From assembly GCA_946497925.1 (NCBI GenBank), contig CAMMMG010000001.1, positions 6,192 to 70,191 on the forward strand: a stretch of 64,000 nucleotides of DNA. Direction: 5' to 3'. The notes under the pieces were generated by a model. That model worked only from the letters and a program-made list of their open reading frames with translations. It searched no databases and was not told the DNA's origin. This document shows, piece by piece, positions 9,666 to 19,300 of the stretch. The translations under genes were made by a program, and so were the position numbers. The stretch comes from an uncultured Mycoplasmatota bacterium (GTDB lineage: Bacteria; Bacillota_I; Bacilli_A; RF39; UBA660). Each line of letters starts with the position of its first letter. Position 1 is the stretch's first letter.

Positions 9666-10673
9666 TTGATGGAATTTATTGATAAAATAAAAGAGAGAGT
9701 TAAAGATGATTTTAAGAAAATCGTTTTACCTGAATCTAATGATGTTAGGGTGTTAGAAGCTGCTTCTACTATAAAAAAAGAAGCTTTCGCTAATATCATT
9801 TTAATAGGTAAGGAAAGTGAGATAGGAAGTCTTGCTAAAGATAATAATATTGATATTAATGGGGTTACTATTATTGATCCTTTGACTTTTAGTGATAGTG
9901 AAAAGTTAATTAATGATTATTATGAACTTAGAAAACATAAAGGTATTAGTTTAGAGCAAGCTAGAGATACTATTTTAAATGATTATGTTTATTTCGCTAA
10001 TATGTTGGTTAAAGATGGATATGCTGATGGTGTAGTTTCTGGAGCGTGTCACAGTACTGCTGATACTTTAAGACCTGCTTTACAAATAATTAAGACTAGT
10101 AAAGATACAAAAGTTGCTTCTGCTTTCTTTTTAATGGTTGTTCCTAATTGTGAATATGGTTCTAATGGAGTATTTGTTTATTCTGATTGTGGAATGATAC
10201 AGAATCCTAGTAGTGAAGAGTTAGTTGAGATTGGAATGATGAGTGCTAATACATTTAGATTATTAGTAGAAGAAGAACCTAATGTAGCTTTCCTTTCTCA
10301 CTCTACTTTTGGATCTTCTAAATGTAGTGATGTTGATAAAGTTGTTAAAGCGGTTGAACTTGCTAGAAAAGAATATCCTGATATTAATTTAGATGGAGAG
10401 TTACAATTTGATGCTGCCGTTGTTCCTCTTGTTGCTAAGAGTAAAGCACCTAATAGTAGTGTAGCAGGTAAAGCTAATGTTTTAATCTTTCCAGATTTAG
10501 ATGCTGGGAACATTGGTTATAAGATTACAGAAAGACTTGCTAAAGCGAAAGCTTATGGCCCTGTTACACAAGGACTTGCTAAACCTGTTAATGATTTGTC
10601 ACGTGGATGTAATGCTAATGATATAGTAGGTGTTGTTGCTATAACTGCTTTACAGGCAATGAATAGTAAGTAG
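9666..10673 (+). CDS. pta: phosphate acetyltransferase
   Basis: 335 aa with the Pta signature region ...DGYADGVVSGACHSTADTLRPALQIIKT... and an overall Pta-like organisation. Confidence 0.9.
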   Translation: MMEFIDKIKERVKDDFKKIVLPESNDVRVLEAASTIKKEAFANIILIGKESEIGSLAKDNNIDINGVTIIDPLTFSDSEKLINDYYELRKHKGISLEQARDTILNDYVYFANMLVKDGYADGVVSGACHSTADTLRPALQIIKTSKDTKVASAFFLMVVPNCEYGSNGVFVYSDCGMIQNPSSEELVEIGMMSANTFRLLVEEEPNVAFLSHSTFGSSKCSDVDKVVKAVELARKEYPDINLDGELQFDAAVVPLVAKSKAPNSSVAGKANVLIFPDLDAGNIGYKITERLAKAKAYGPVTQGLAKPVNDLSRGCNANDIVGVVAITALQAMNSK

Positions 10674-10680
10674 GTGAGGT

Positions 10681-11433
10681 ATGGAAATAGTATCTTTTAA
10701 TGTGGCAGGTTTTAGAGCTTGTTTAAAGAAAGGGTTTGAAGATTTCTTTAAAGAAAGTAATGCTGATATTTATTGTCTACAAGAAGTAAAAGCGATAGAG
10801 AGTGAGATACCCTTTAGACCAGATGAGTATAACTTTTATTTAAATACTGCCGATAAGAAAGGTTATTCTGGAGTAGCAGTTTATTCTAAGGTTAAACCTC
10901 TTGATGTGGCATATGGAATAGATGTTGATATGCACGATCACGAGGGTAGAGTTATAACTTTAGAATATGGTAACTTTTTCTTAGTTTGTGTATATGTTCC
11001 TAATGTCAAGAGAGACTTGTCAAGACTTGATTATCGTATGATTTGGGAAAAGGATTTTCTTAAATATTTACAGAGTCTTGATAAGAAGAAACCTGTTATT
11101 GTTTGTGGAGATTTTAATGTTGCTCATAAAGAAATAGATCTTGCTAATCCTAAAGGTAATGTTGGTAATGCTGGTTTTACTATCGAAGAACGTGATGCTT
11201 TTACAAGACTATTAGATGGAGGTTTTACTGATGTTTATCGTTATCTATATAAAGATAAAGCAGATGCTTATACTTGGTGGAGTTATATGGGGAAAGCTAG
11301 AGAGAAGAATATTGGTTGGAGAATTGACTATTTTCTAGTGTCAAATAGATTTATAGATAGTGTAAAGGATATGAAAATAGACAGTGATGTGTTTGGAAGT
11401 GATCACTGTCCTATAGAGTTAGAAGTTAAGTAA
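10681..11433 (+). CDS. exoA: exodeoxyribonuclease III (AP endonuclease, Xth/ExoA family)
   Basis: 250 aa. Starts MEIVSFNVAGFRA and contains ...CLQEVK..., ...GDFNVAHKEIDL... and ...GSDHCPIELEV, the ExoIII family motifs. Confidence 0.9.
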   Translation: MEIVSFNVAGFRACLKKGFEDFFKESNADIYCLQEVKAIESEIPFRPDEYNFYLNTADKKGYSGVAVYSKVKPLDVAYGIDVDMHDHEGRVITLEYGNFFLVCVYVPNVKRDLSRLDYRMIWEKDFLKYLQSLDKKKPVIVCGDFNVAHKEIDLANPKGNVGNAGFTIEERDAFTRLLDGGFTDVYRYLYKDKADAYTWWSYMGKAREKNIGWRIDYFLVSNRFIDSVKDMKIDSDVFGSDHCPIELEVK

Positions 11434-11519
11434 GATAGTTGTTAATCAACTATTTTTTCTATGAAAGAATAACTTTGTATGTGCTATAATATTAATATAA
11501 TGTTGTTTAGAGGAAGAAA

Positions 11520-12239
11520 GTGATACTAATGGATCAAGAGAAAATTGGTAAATTTATAAAGAAACTTAGGAAAGATAATAACTTAACCCAGGATGAACTT
11601 GCTAAAAAGTTAGGGGTTACTTATCAAGCAGTTAGTAAATGGGAAAATGGTAAGAGTATTCCTGATATTGCTATCCTTAAAACTATTAGTGAGTTATTTA
11701 ATGTTAATATAGATGAATTGTTAGATGGAAGTGTTAAGAACAAGAAAAAATTAAATAAGAAAATATTTATTCCTATAACAATTTTAAGTATTTGTGTGGT
11801 TTGTATTTTTGTATTTTTTGTCGTACATAAAGAAACTTATGAGTTTAAAGTATTAGAGACTGATTCTAATGATTTTGATGTTAGTGGTGTTTTAGCTTTT
11901 TCTCCTGATAAGTCTTCTATTTATATATCTAGTATTAATTATAATAATAGTGATGATGATACTGAATATAAAAGTTTAAGTTGTAATCTTTATGATGTTA
12001 ATGGTGATGCTAAGACAAAGATTAGTAGTTGTGAAAGTGAAAATAGTGATGTAGATACTCTTTCTGGATTACTTAATAGTATTGATTTTACAGTAGATGA
12101 TTATGCTAGTAGTTGTAAAATATTTAAAAATAATCAGTTAGTTTTAGAGATTAATGCTACTAGTCTTGATAATAAGACTATTACTTATGAAGTTCCTTTA
12201 AGTTTTGATGATGATTGTTTTGACTCAACTAATAGTTGA
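11520..12239 (+). CDS. membrane-anchored XRE-family HTH regulator with extracytoplasmic C-terminal domain
   Basis: N-terminal HTH (LTQDELAKKLGVTYQAVSKWENGKSIPDI), a single TM segment (IFIPITILSICVVCIFVFFVV), then an acidic C-terminal domain. Confidence 0.7.
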   Translation: MILMDQEKIGKFIKKLRKDNNLTQDELAKKLGVTYQAVSKWENGKSIPDIAILKTISELFNVNIDELLDGSVKNKKKLNKKIFIPITILSICVVCIFVFFVVHKETYEFKVLETDSNDFDVSGVLAFSPDKSSIYISSINYNNSDDDTEYKSLSCNLYDVNGDAKTKISSCESENSDVDTLSGLLNSIDFTVDDYASSCKIFKNNQLVLEINATSLDNKTITYEVPLSFDDDCFDSTNS

Positions 12240-12294
12240 GTTTTTTCAACTAGTGTTTTATTTACTTACTATAGTTTTATAAAGTAAAATTAAG

Positions 12295-14262
12295 GTGAGT
12301 GGAGGAGATACTATGAAGAAAAAGAAAATTGTTATAATAGTTGTAGTTATTATTTTAATACTTGTTGTTGGTTGCTTACTTGTTTTTAATAATTTAAGTA
12401 CTAATAGTAAAGAAGTGAAAGTTGTTAGTAGTTTAATAGAAAAAGAGAGTAAATTAGAGGATGACTTTCCTACAGAATTAAAAGATATTGATTATGCTGA
12501 TGTAATTGTTAATCCTTATGAGATTTCACCTTTAACTGCTTTAATTATCTTTAAGACTGAAGAGGCAGTTAGTCCTAAAGTTACTATAGAAGGTGATGAT
12601 GAACTTAGTACTTATGAATATACTTTTGATGAAGGAACTGAACATTATTTACCTATATATGGTCTTTATCCTGACAGAGATAATACTGTAGTTGTAGAAT
12701 ATGGTGATGTAAAAAAAGAATTTACTATTACTACTGAAGCATTACCAGATGATTTTATTTTACCTACTTCTGTTGATGCTAATAAAGATGAGTTAAGTAA
12801 TGATTTATATTTCTTTACACCATCTAGTGATGGTTATACTTGTGCCTATGATGTAAATGGCGATGTAAGATGGTATTTAACTATTAATTCTATTTGGGAG
12901 GTTAATAGACTTGATAATGGACATTTGATGTTAAGTACTGAAAGATTAGTTAATAGTCCTTATTATATGACTGGTTTATATGAGATGGATATGTTAGGTA
13001 AAATATATAAAGAGTATAGTTTACCTGGTGGTTATCATCACGATTATTATGAGATGCCTAATGGTAATTTATTAGTCGCTAGTGATAACTTTACTAGTGG
13101 AGATGGTACTGTAGAAGACTATATTGTAGAACTTGATAGAGATACTGGTGAAGTTGTTAAGACTTTTGATTTAAAAGATGTTTTAAATATGGAAGATGGA
13201 AAGAGTGAAAACTGGACAGAGTATGATTGGTTTCATAATAATTCTGTTTGGTATGATGAAGAAACTAATTCTATAACTTTATCTGGTAGACATCAAGATG
13301 CTGTTATTAATATAGATTATGATAGTGGTGAGTTAAACTGGATAATTGGAGACTCTACTAACTGGAGTGAAGAATATCAGAAGTATTTCTTTACACCTAT
13401 GGGAGATGACTTTGAGTGGCAATGGAGTCAACACGCAGCGATGATTACTCCAGAAGGTTATGTATTTATCTTTGATAATGGTAATAATAAATCTAAAAAG
13501 GAAGATGAATATGTTTCTGCAGAAGACAGTTATTCTCGTGGGGTTATGTATAAGATAGATACAGATAAAATGACTATTGAACAGGTATTTGAATATGGTA
13601 AAGAACGTGGTAGTGAGTTTTATTCTCCATATATATCTGATGTTGATTATATAGATAGTGACCATTATATAATTCATTCTGGTGGTATTGTTTATGTAGA
13701 CGGAAAGAATTCTAATCAACCGGCTGGAATTAGTGGGGCAGACCGTCTTGTCAGTGATACTGTAGAATATAAAGATGGCGAAGTTATCTTTGAAATAGTT
13801 TTACCTACTAATAATTATCGAGTTGAAAAGATGAGTTTATATCTTGAAAATGATAGTTTTAAGTTAAGTAAAGCAGAAAGAGTTGGTAGTTTAGGTGAGA
13901 CTGAAGTTACTAATAGTGAGTTAGGCTTTATCTTGAATAGTAAAGATTTTAAAGATATAGAAGAAGAACATAATATTAGTATTACTAAAGAAGTTGATAG
14001 ATTAGTATTTACTGGTAAGTTTAAAAGAGGAACTGACGTTAATGTTATCCTTTATAAAAATGGTATTAAGAATATTTATAATGTTTCTATAAGTAAAAGA
14101 CCTTATACTGCTTTATGTGTTGATATATTTACAGAAGAAGAAACTAAAGAAGGTATTAGTGTTACTAAATATATTAATGAAGATGGCCTTAGTGGAAAGT
14201 ACTCTATTTATGTAGAAGTAGATGGTACTATTTATAATACTAATAGATATGTAGAGTTTTAA
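12295..14262 (+). CDS. secreted/membrane-anchored arylsulfotransferase (ASST)-like beta-propeller protein
   Basis: N-terminal TM/signal segment. Motifs PGGYHHDYYEMPNGNLL and WQWSQHAAMITPEGYVFIFDNGNN resemble the ASST family. This is not verified by search. Confidence 0.45.
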   Translation: MSGGDTMKKKKIVIIVVVIILILVVGCLLVFNNLSTNSKEVKVVSSLIEKESKLEDDFPTELKDIDYADVIVNPYEISPLTALIIFKTEEAVSPKVTIEGDDELSTYEYTFDEGTEHYLPIYGLYPDRDNTVVVEYGDVKKEFTITTEALPDDFILPTSVDANKDELSNDLYFFTPSSDGYTCAYDVNGDVRWYLTINSIWEVNRLDNGHLMLSTERLVNSPYYMTGLYEMDMLGKIYKEYSLPGGYHHDYYEMPNGNLLVASDNFTSGDGTVEDYIVELDRDTGEVVKTFDLKDVLNMEDGKSENWTEYDWFHNNSVWYDEETNSITLSGRHQDAVINIDYDSGELNWIIGDSTNWSEEYQKYFFTPMGDDFEWQWSQHAAMITPEGYVFIFDNGNNKSKKEDEYVSAEDSYSRGVMYKIDTDKMTIEQVFEYGKERGSEFYSPYISDVDYIDSDHYIIHSGGIVYVDGKNSNQPAGISGADRLVSDTVEYKDGEVIFEIVLPTNNYRVEKMSLYLENDSFKLSKAERVGSLGETEVTNSELGFILNSKDFKDIEEEHNISITKEVDRLVFTGKFKRGTDVNVILYKNGIKNIYNVSISKRPYTALCVDIFTEEETKEGISVTKYINEDGLSGKYSIYVEVDGTIYNTNRYVEF

Positions 14263-14309
14263 AGTGTACTTTAGATAGTGCACTTTTCTTTTGACTATAT
14301 GTAACTGGC

Positions 14310-15152
14310 GTGTATAATATAACTACGGGTGATTTTATGCTTAATATTAATAATAAAGATGATATTCCTAAAATGATGCAGTATCATAGGGCAAGAGATA
14401 TGATAAATTTAATGAGGTATTTTCCTTCTCTTAGTCCAATTAGGAATTTAACAATAATAGAGTCTATTGAAGATTATTTAGAAAACTATGATTTATGTAA
14501 AAATTTAGTTGGAGAAAGAAATGATACCTTAATTAGTAAACCTTTTATGGAAAGTGTGGAAAGAAGGGGTATTGATACTGATATTATTAGTACATTTGAA
14601 GAAGTTAAGAAACTTGATTCTGATGGTGTTTTAGTATTATTTGATTTATGTCATCATCCTAGTGAAAGGTATGAAAGATATGCTGGTATATCAGTTGCTG
14701 TTAGTATTAGTAATGGCGTTTATATTGAAACGGTGGGTAAGGGCTTTGATGGAAGAGAGGTTTCTAAAGGTTTAGATGTTCATGAGATATTTTTTATTCC
14801 TTGGTTTGATTTATATAAATGTAATATAGAAAATTTTAGAGATTATAGAACTTATTTAATTTCTAAAGAAGATTATAAAATTAGTAGAGAGAAAAGAATT
14901 TCTTTTTTAGAAAGTTTAAATTTGCCAGTTAAAGATGTATCTAAATATATTCCTGTGGAATATACAGAAATTCCTAATTTTATATGGCTTGATGTTATTA
15001 AAAACTTAATTAAAAAACTTCTTAGTATGGAAGAAGAATTATTGTCAGCTTCATTTAGGGAATTTGCAATTAGTGGCCATACTGAAGGAAGAAGGTTTCT
15101 TCCTTGGCAAATGTTTGATAAAAGTAGATATGAGTTAGTAAAAAGATTATAA
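14310..15152 (+). CDS. hypothetical protein (280 aa)
   Basis: Track ORF with no recognisable motif. Confidence 0.45.
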   Translation: MYNITTGDFMLNINNKDDIPKMMQYHRARDMINLMRYFPSLSPIRNLTIIESIEDYLENYDLCKNLVGERNDTLISKPFMESVERRGIDTDIISTFEEVKKLDSDGVLVLFDLCHHPSERYERYAGISVAVSISNGVYIETVGKGFDGREVSKGLDVHEIFFIPWFDLYKCNIENFRDYRTYLISKEDYKISREKRISFLESLNLPVKDVSKYIPVEYTEIPNFIWLDVIKNLIKKLLSMEEELLSASFREFAISGHTEGRRFLPWQMFDKSRYELVKRL

Positions 15153-15272
15153 TAAATATTTGCATAAATGTAATAATTATGATATGATGTATATGTAAGA
15201 AAAATTTTCATACAATAAAAAAGAGGAACAATTCAATTTGTCGAGTGAATGTCGCCTCCAAAGATTGGTTTT

Positions 15273-15306
15273 GACACTCAAACATATTTGTTGAGTGTCG
15301 TTTTTA
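15273..15306. terminator. rho-independent terminator hairpin (bidirectional)
   Basis: Perfect 9-bp stem GACACTCAA / TTGAGTGTC with an 8-nt loop, followed by a T-run on the plus strand and an A-run (U-run on the minus strand) on the other side. Confidence 0.6.
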
Positions 15307-15396
15307 TATTTTAATGGCTATTACCAATATGGCAAGGCTTAAAATAATAAAAGCAAGAGACTTTAAAAGTCTTAATATAAAAGTTTTGATTTTCAC
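15303..15396 (-). CDS. small hydrophobic peptide (30 aa), candidate small membrane protein or type I toxin
   Basis: Perfect RBS AAAGGAGG sits 8 nt before a GTG. The product is VKIKTFILRLLKSLAFIILSLAILVIAIKI. Repeated GAGTGTCG motifs and inverted repeats flank it. It is not in the ORF track because it is shorter than 60 aa. Confidence 0.4.
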
Positions 15397-15546
15397 TTTT
15401 ATCAAGCCTCCTTTCATAAGTTGGAAGGAGACGACACTCATATTAAAATGTTCCTTATAGATATAGTATCAAATTAATTTCTGTATAGCAAGATAAAAAG
15501 TAATAAATTAGTTACGAATTTTCGTAATATTAGATGTGTTAAGGTA

Positions 15547-16446
15547 GTGATATTTATGATTCTTTTTGTAAGTGGTAGATGTGATATAGTAGCTTTCTAT
15601 ACTCCTTGGTTTATGAATAGATTAAAAGAAGGATATGTTGATGTTAGAAATCCTTTTTATAAGAAGCAGGTTAGTAGAATATACTTTAATGATGTAGATT
15701 TAATTTACTTTTGTACTAAGAATCCAAGACCTATTGTTCCTTACTTAAAAGAGATAAATAAGCTTATATTATTTAATGTTACAATTACTCCTTATAAAGG
15801 AGATATTGAACCTAATGTATTTAATAAAGATAAAATAATTGAAAGTGTTATAGAAATATCTAATATTATTGGTAGTGATAATATTTATGTTAGATATGAT
15901 CCTATATTTTTAAGTGATAAATATAATTTAGATTATCATATTAAAGCATTTGATAGACTTTGTAGTTTACTTAATGGATATGTTAAACATATTATAGTAT
16001 CTTTTATAGATGATTATAAAAATGTAAGGAAGAATATGAATGTTTTAAGAGTTAAACCTTTTACTAGTGATGACTTCAAAGTAATAGGAACATCTTTTAG
16101 TTCTATTACAAGTAAATATAATATGACAGTACAAACTTGTTTTGAAAAGATAAATTTAGTAGAGTATGGTTTTATTAAAGGGGATTGTTTAGGAGTAGAA
16201 CTTGCTAAAAGATTAACTGGTAAAGATAGGTTTAAAAAGAGTAAGGTTAGAAAAGGTGGATTATGTAATTGTGTAGAAATGGTTGATATTGGGTATTATA
16301 ACTCTTGTAAACATTTTTGTAAGTATTGTTATGCTAATTATAGTGAGAGTGAAGTTATTAGTAATACTATGGAACATAATGTAAATTCATCTTTACTTAT
16401 TGGAGAGTTAGAAAAAGATGATATAATAAAGATAAGAAAAAGTTAA
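15547..16446 (+). CDS. DUF1848-like cysteine-rich protein
   Basis: 299 aa with a C-terminal Cys cluster GGLCNCVEMVDIGYYNSCKHFCKYCYANY. The resemblance to DUF1848 is from memory and is not verified. Confidence 0.4.
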   Translation: MIFMILFVSGRCDIVAFYTPWFMNRLKEGYVDVRNPFYKKQVSRIYFNDVDLIYFCTKNPRPIVPYLKEINKLILFNVTITPYKGDIEPNVFNKDKIIESVIEISNIIGSDNIYVRYDPIFLSDKYNLDYHIKAFDRLCSLLNGYVKHIIVSFIDDYKNVRKNMNVLRVKPFTSDDFKVIGTSFSSITSKYNMTVQTCFEKINLVEYGFIKGDCLGVELAKRLTGKDRFKKSKVRKGGLCNCVEMVDIGYYNSCKHFCKYCYANYSESEVISNTMEHNVNSSLLIGELEKDDIIKIRKS

Positions 16447-16474
16447 TGAGTATGAATAATTAGTATAATTTGAG

Positions 16475-17686
16475 GTGATTTTTTTGGATAAGAAGAAAGT
16501 TATTATAATATCTTCTATTGTTATTGTTGTTATCTTAATTATTTCTTTAATATTTTATTTTAATGTGAGAATTGTTGTTGATAATAGTGGCTTTACTTTA
16601 AAAGATGATTTAACTGTTAATGTATATAGTAATGTAAAAGTTAAAGATTTTATTAAAGATATAGATGGTAAAGTAGTAGATAATAATAAAATTGAAACTA
16701 ATGAGTTAGGTAAAGTAGAAGTGGAGTTTATTTATTTAAATAGTGATAATAGAAAAAGAAAAGGTACTTTTGAAGTTAAAGTTAAAGATTTAGAAGAGCC
16801 TTTGATATGGTTATCTAATAGTTATAGTGTTAGAGTTGGTGATGATGTTAATTTAGAGGATGAGATACTCTGTGCCGATAATTATGATAGTAATCCTAGT
16901 TGTAAAATAACAGGTGATTATGATTTAAATACAGCAGGGAACTATTCTTTAGTTTATGAAGCAGAAGATAGTAGTGGTAATAAAGAAAGTGTTGACTTTA
17001 CTTTATATGTTTATGAACCAAGAGAGGTAACTGGTGGTGGTAGTAATAGTGAAGTTACTTATACTGATTTTAAGGAGATAGTTAATAGTCATAAAACTGA
17101 TGATACCTTAATTGGTATTGATGTTTCTAAATGGCAAGGAGCGATAGATTTTGCTAAAGTAAAAGAAGCAGGGGCTGAGTTTGTTATTATTCGTGTAGGG
17201 CATCAAAATGGTGTAGGGGGAGAATATGTTCTTGATCCTTACTTTAAAAGAAATATTAGTGATGCGATAGAGAATGATTTGGATGTTGGTATATACTTTT
17301 ATTCCTATGCAGATAGCAAGAAGGAGGCTAGGAAACAGGCAGAATGGGTAATTAAACAGATAAAAGACTATGATATTACTTTACCTATTGCCTTTGACTT
17401 TGAGTCATTTACATTATTTAATAGTATGAATCTTAGTTTATATCAGTTAAATGAAGTGGCTGAGTCTTACTTTTCTACTTTAGAAGATGCTGGTTATGAT
17501 ACTATGCTTTATGGTAGTAAGAACTATTTAAATGCTATTTGGAAATATAATACTAATAAAGTATGGCTTGCTCATTATACAGATGAAACTGATTATGATA
17601 AAGATTATATGATGTGGCAGTTATGTCAAGATGGGGTTATTGATGGTATCAATGGTTTTGTTGATATAGATATTTTATATAAATAG
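16475..17686 (+). CDS. GH25-family muramidase (lysozyme) with N-terminal TM anchor and Ig-like domains
   Basis: C-terminal GIDVSKWQGAIDFAKVKEAGAEFVIIRVGHQNG...VGIYFYSYA matches the glycoside hydrolase family 25 signature. The N-terminus has a TM segment followed by repeated beta-rich domains. Confidence 0.8.
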   Translation: MIFLDKKKVIIISSIVIVVILIISLIFYFNVRIVVDNSGFTLKDDLTVNVYSNVKVKDFIKDIDGKVVDNNKIETNELGKVEVEFIYLNSDNRKRKGTFEVKVKDLEEPLIWLSNSYSVRVGDDVNLEDEILCADNYDSNPSCKITGDYDLNTAGNYSLVYEAEDSSGNKESVDFTLYVYEPREVTGGGSNSEVTYTDFKEIVNSHKTDDTLIGIDVSKWQGAIDFAKVKEAGAEFVIIRVGHQNGVGGEYVLDPYFKRNISDAIENDLDVGIYFYSYADSKKEARKQAEWVIKQIKDYDITLPIAFDFESFTLFNSMNLSLYQLNEVAESYFSTLEDAGYDTMLYGSKNYLNAIWKYNTNKVWLAHYTDETDYDKDYMMWQLCQDGVIDGINGFVDIDILYK

Positions 17687-17715
17687 TGATATGAGTAAAA
17701 AAGAGGTGATATGTT

Positions 17716-19260
17716 ATGAAAATTGTTGATAATCCATATAAAAAGGAATTTGTATTTGACTTATATAGTCGAATTTATCCTAAATTTAAAGAATATGATA
17801 AGATAACTAGGAAGAAAATGCTTGAAAAGATTATAGAGTTTTATAGTGACTATAATAATATTATTGATATGTGTACTTATAGAGAGATTAAGTTTTTAAA
17901 AAGAATGGCTAATAGAGAAGAGATTAATTATGATGATGAAAGGTTTAAATTTGAGAAAGCCAGTTTAATTAAAAAAATGTTAGTTGGTTATAATGAAAAA
18001 TATGAGTATGATTTTTATGATGAATTAAAAGAGCCTATTTTACTTGCGTTATCTAAAGTAAAAATGAGTGAAGTTAAGAAGAAAACAGAACTTAATGAAT
18101 TTTTAATTGGCTTTTATAAAGTAATGGGAAACTTTTTGATTTATCCTTTAATAAATATAACATCATCTTTATTAAAATTAGATGATAGAGTAGTATTTGA
18201 TCATGTATTTAATAATAAATTATTTAACTATTATGTAATGATATATGATAAATATATGGAAGTTTATGATAAAAAAGTTCCTATTGGTTTATATATTGGT
18301 TATTTTCATTATGAGGAAGAGCTTGATGAAGCGAGAAAAGAATATGCTATTGGTGGTACACAAACTTTTGATTTAGGGGAGTATATAAATATATTTTATG
18401 ATGATTTTAACTTTGATAATAAAATAGTTAAAAAATTTTATAAAGAATTAATGGACTTACCTTTCTTCGGTTTTACAGTATTAAAACCAATTAGAATATT
18501 TGCATTATTAAATAAAGATAGAGAGTCTTTAAAGGATTCTATTAGGAATGTTCCTGCTTTGAAAAATTATCCTTTAGGTGATTTCTTTAAATTAATGGAT
18601 CAAGCGATGGATGAGATGCCTTCAGGGTCTTTAAATGGAATGTGTCCTAGAGAATATAAAGAGAAACTTAAAGAACAAGAAGAATATGAATTTAAAAGAG
18701 AAATGGAATATACAGGTCAAAAGGATGCTTGTTTAGGTGAGATGAAAGCTAAAGGTTTTTACAACTTATATTTTTCATTGTTAGAGTATGTTAATAATAA
18801 ATATCATATTGATACTAGTCTTAAGAAAATTTATAAGCAAGAATCTTTGGATCCTAATCAATTAATGCCAATTATAGAGTATCTATTTAAAGATAAAGAA
18901 AAGATTATAGATGCTTATTTGAAAGATAATCCTCATAATTTTGATAGTGAAGACTTAGAGAAAGTAAGTAAATTTAAACAAGGTATTAGAGAAATGTTTA
19001 CTATTGCTAAATATGAAGAAGATTATACGGCAGTTCTTTCTAGTGATCGTGTTTATATGATTAAGGGGTTAAATTCTAATATAGATGAAGTTATTCCTTG
19101 CCATGATATACCATGTATTGTTACTACTTCTTTATTTCCGTATGATGGGGTAATTGTTTATGATGGGTTACTTTCTACTTATCCTATTAATATGGGAACA
19201 TCTTTTGCTAAGATGGTAGAAAAAGAATATAATGAAGATATGAAATATTATCATTTATAA
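17716..19260 (+). CDS. hypothetical protein (514 aa)
   Basis: Track ORF with the RBS AAGAGGTGATATG upstream. No recognisable motif. Confidence 0.5.
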   Translation: MKIVDNPYKKEFVFDLYSRIYPKFKEYDKITRKKMLEKIIEFYSDYNNIIDMCTYREIKFLKRMANREEINYDDERFKFEKASLIKKMLVGYNEKYEYDFYDELKEPILLALSKVKMSEVKKKTELNEFLIGFYKVMGNFLIYPLINITSSLLKLDDRVVFDHVFNNKLFNYYVMIYDKYMEVYDKKVPIGLYIGYFHYEEELDEARKEYAIGGTQTFDLGEYINIFYDDFNFDNKIVKKFYKELMDLPFFGFTVLKPIRIFALLNKDRESLKDSIRNVPALKNYPLGDFFKLMDQAMDEMPSGSLNGMCPREYKEKLKEQEEYEFKREMEYTGQKDACLGEMKAKGFYNLYFSLLEYVNNKYHIDTSLKKIYKQESLDPNQLMPIIEYLFKDKEKIIDAYLKDNPHNFDSEDLEKVSKFKQGIREMFTIAKYEEDYTAVLSSDRVYMIKGLNSNIDEVIPCHDIPCIVTTSLFPYDGVIVYDGLLSTYPINMGTSFAKMVEKEYNEDMKYYHL

Positions 19261-19300
19261 ATATAATTGTTTGATTTGTGTTATACTAAAATAGGAAAGG

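Noticed and set aside
9554-9799. 81-aa minus-strand ORF overlapping the pta start
   Set aside because: Antisense to the pta N-terminus and promoter. No RBS.
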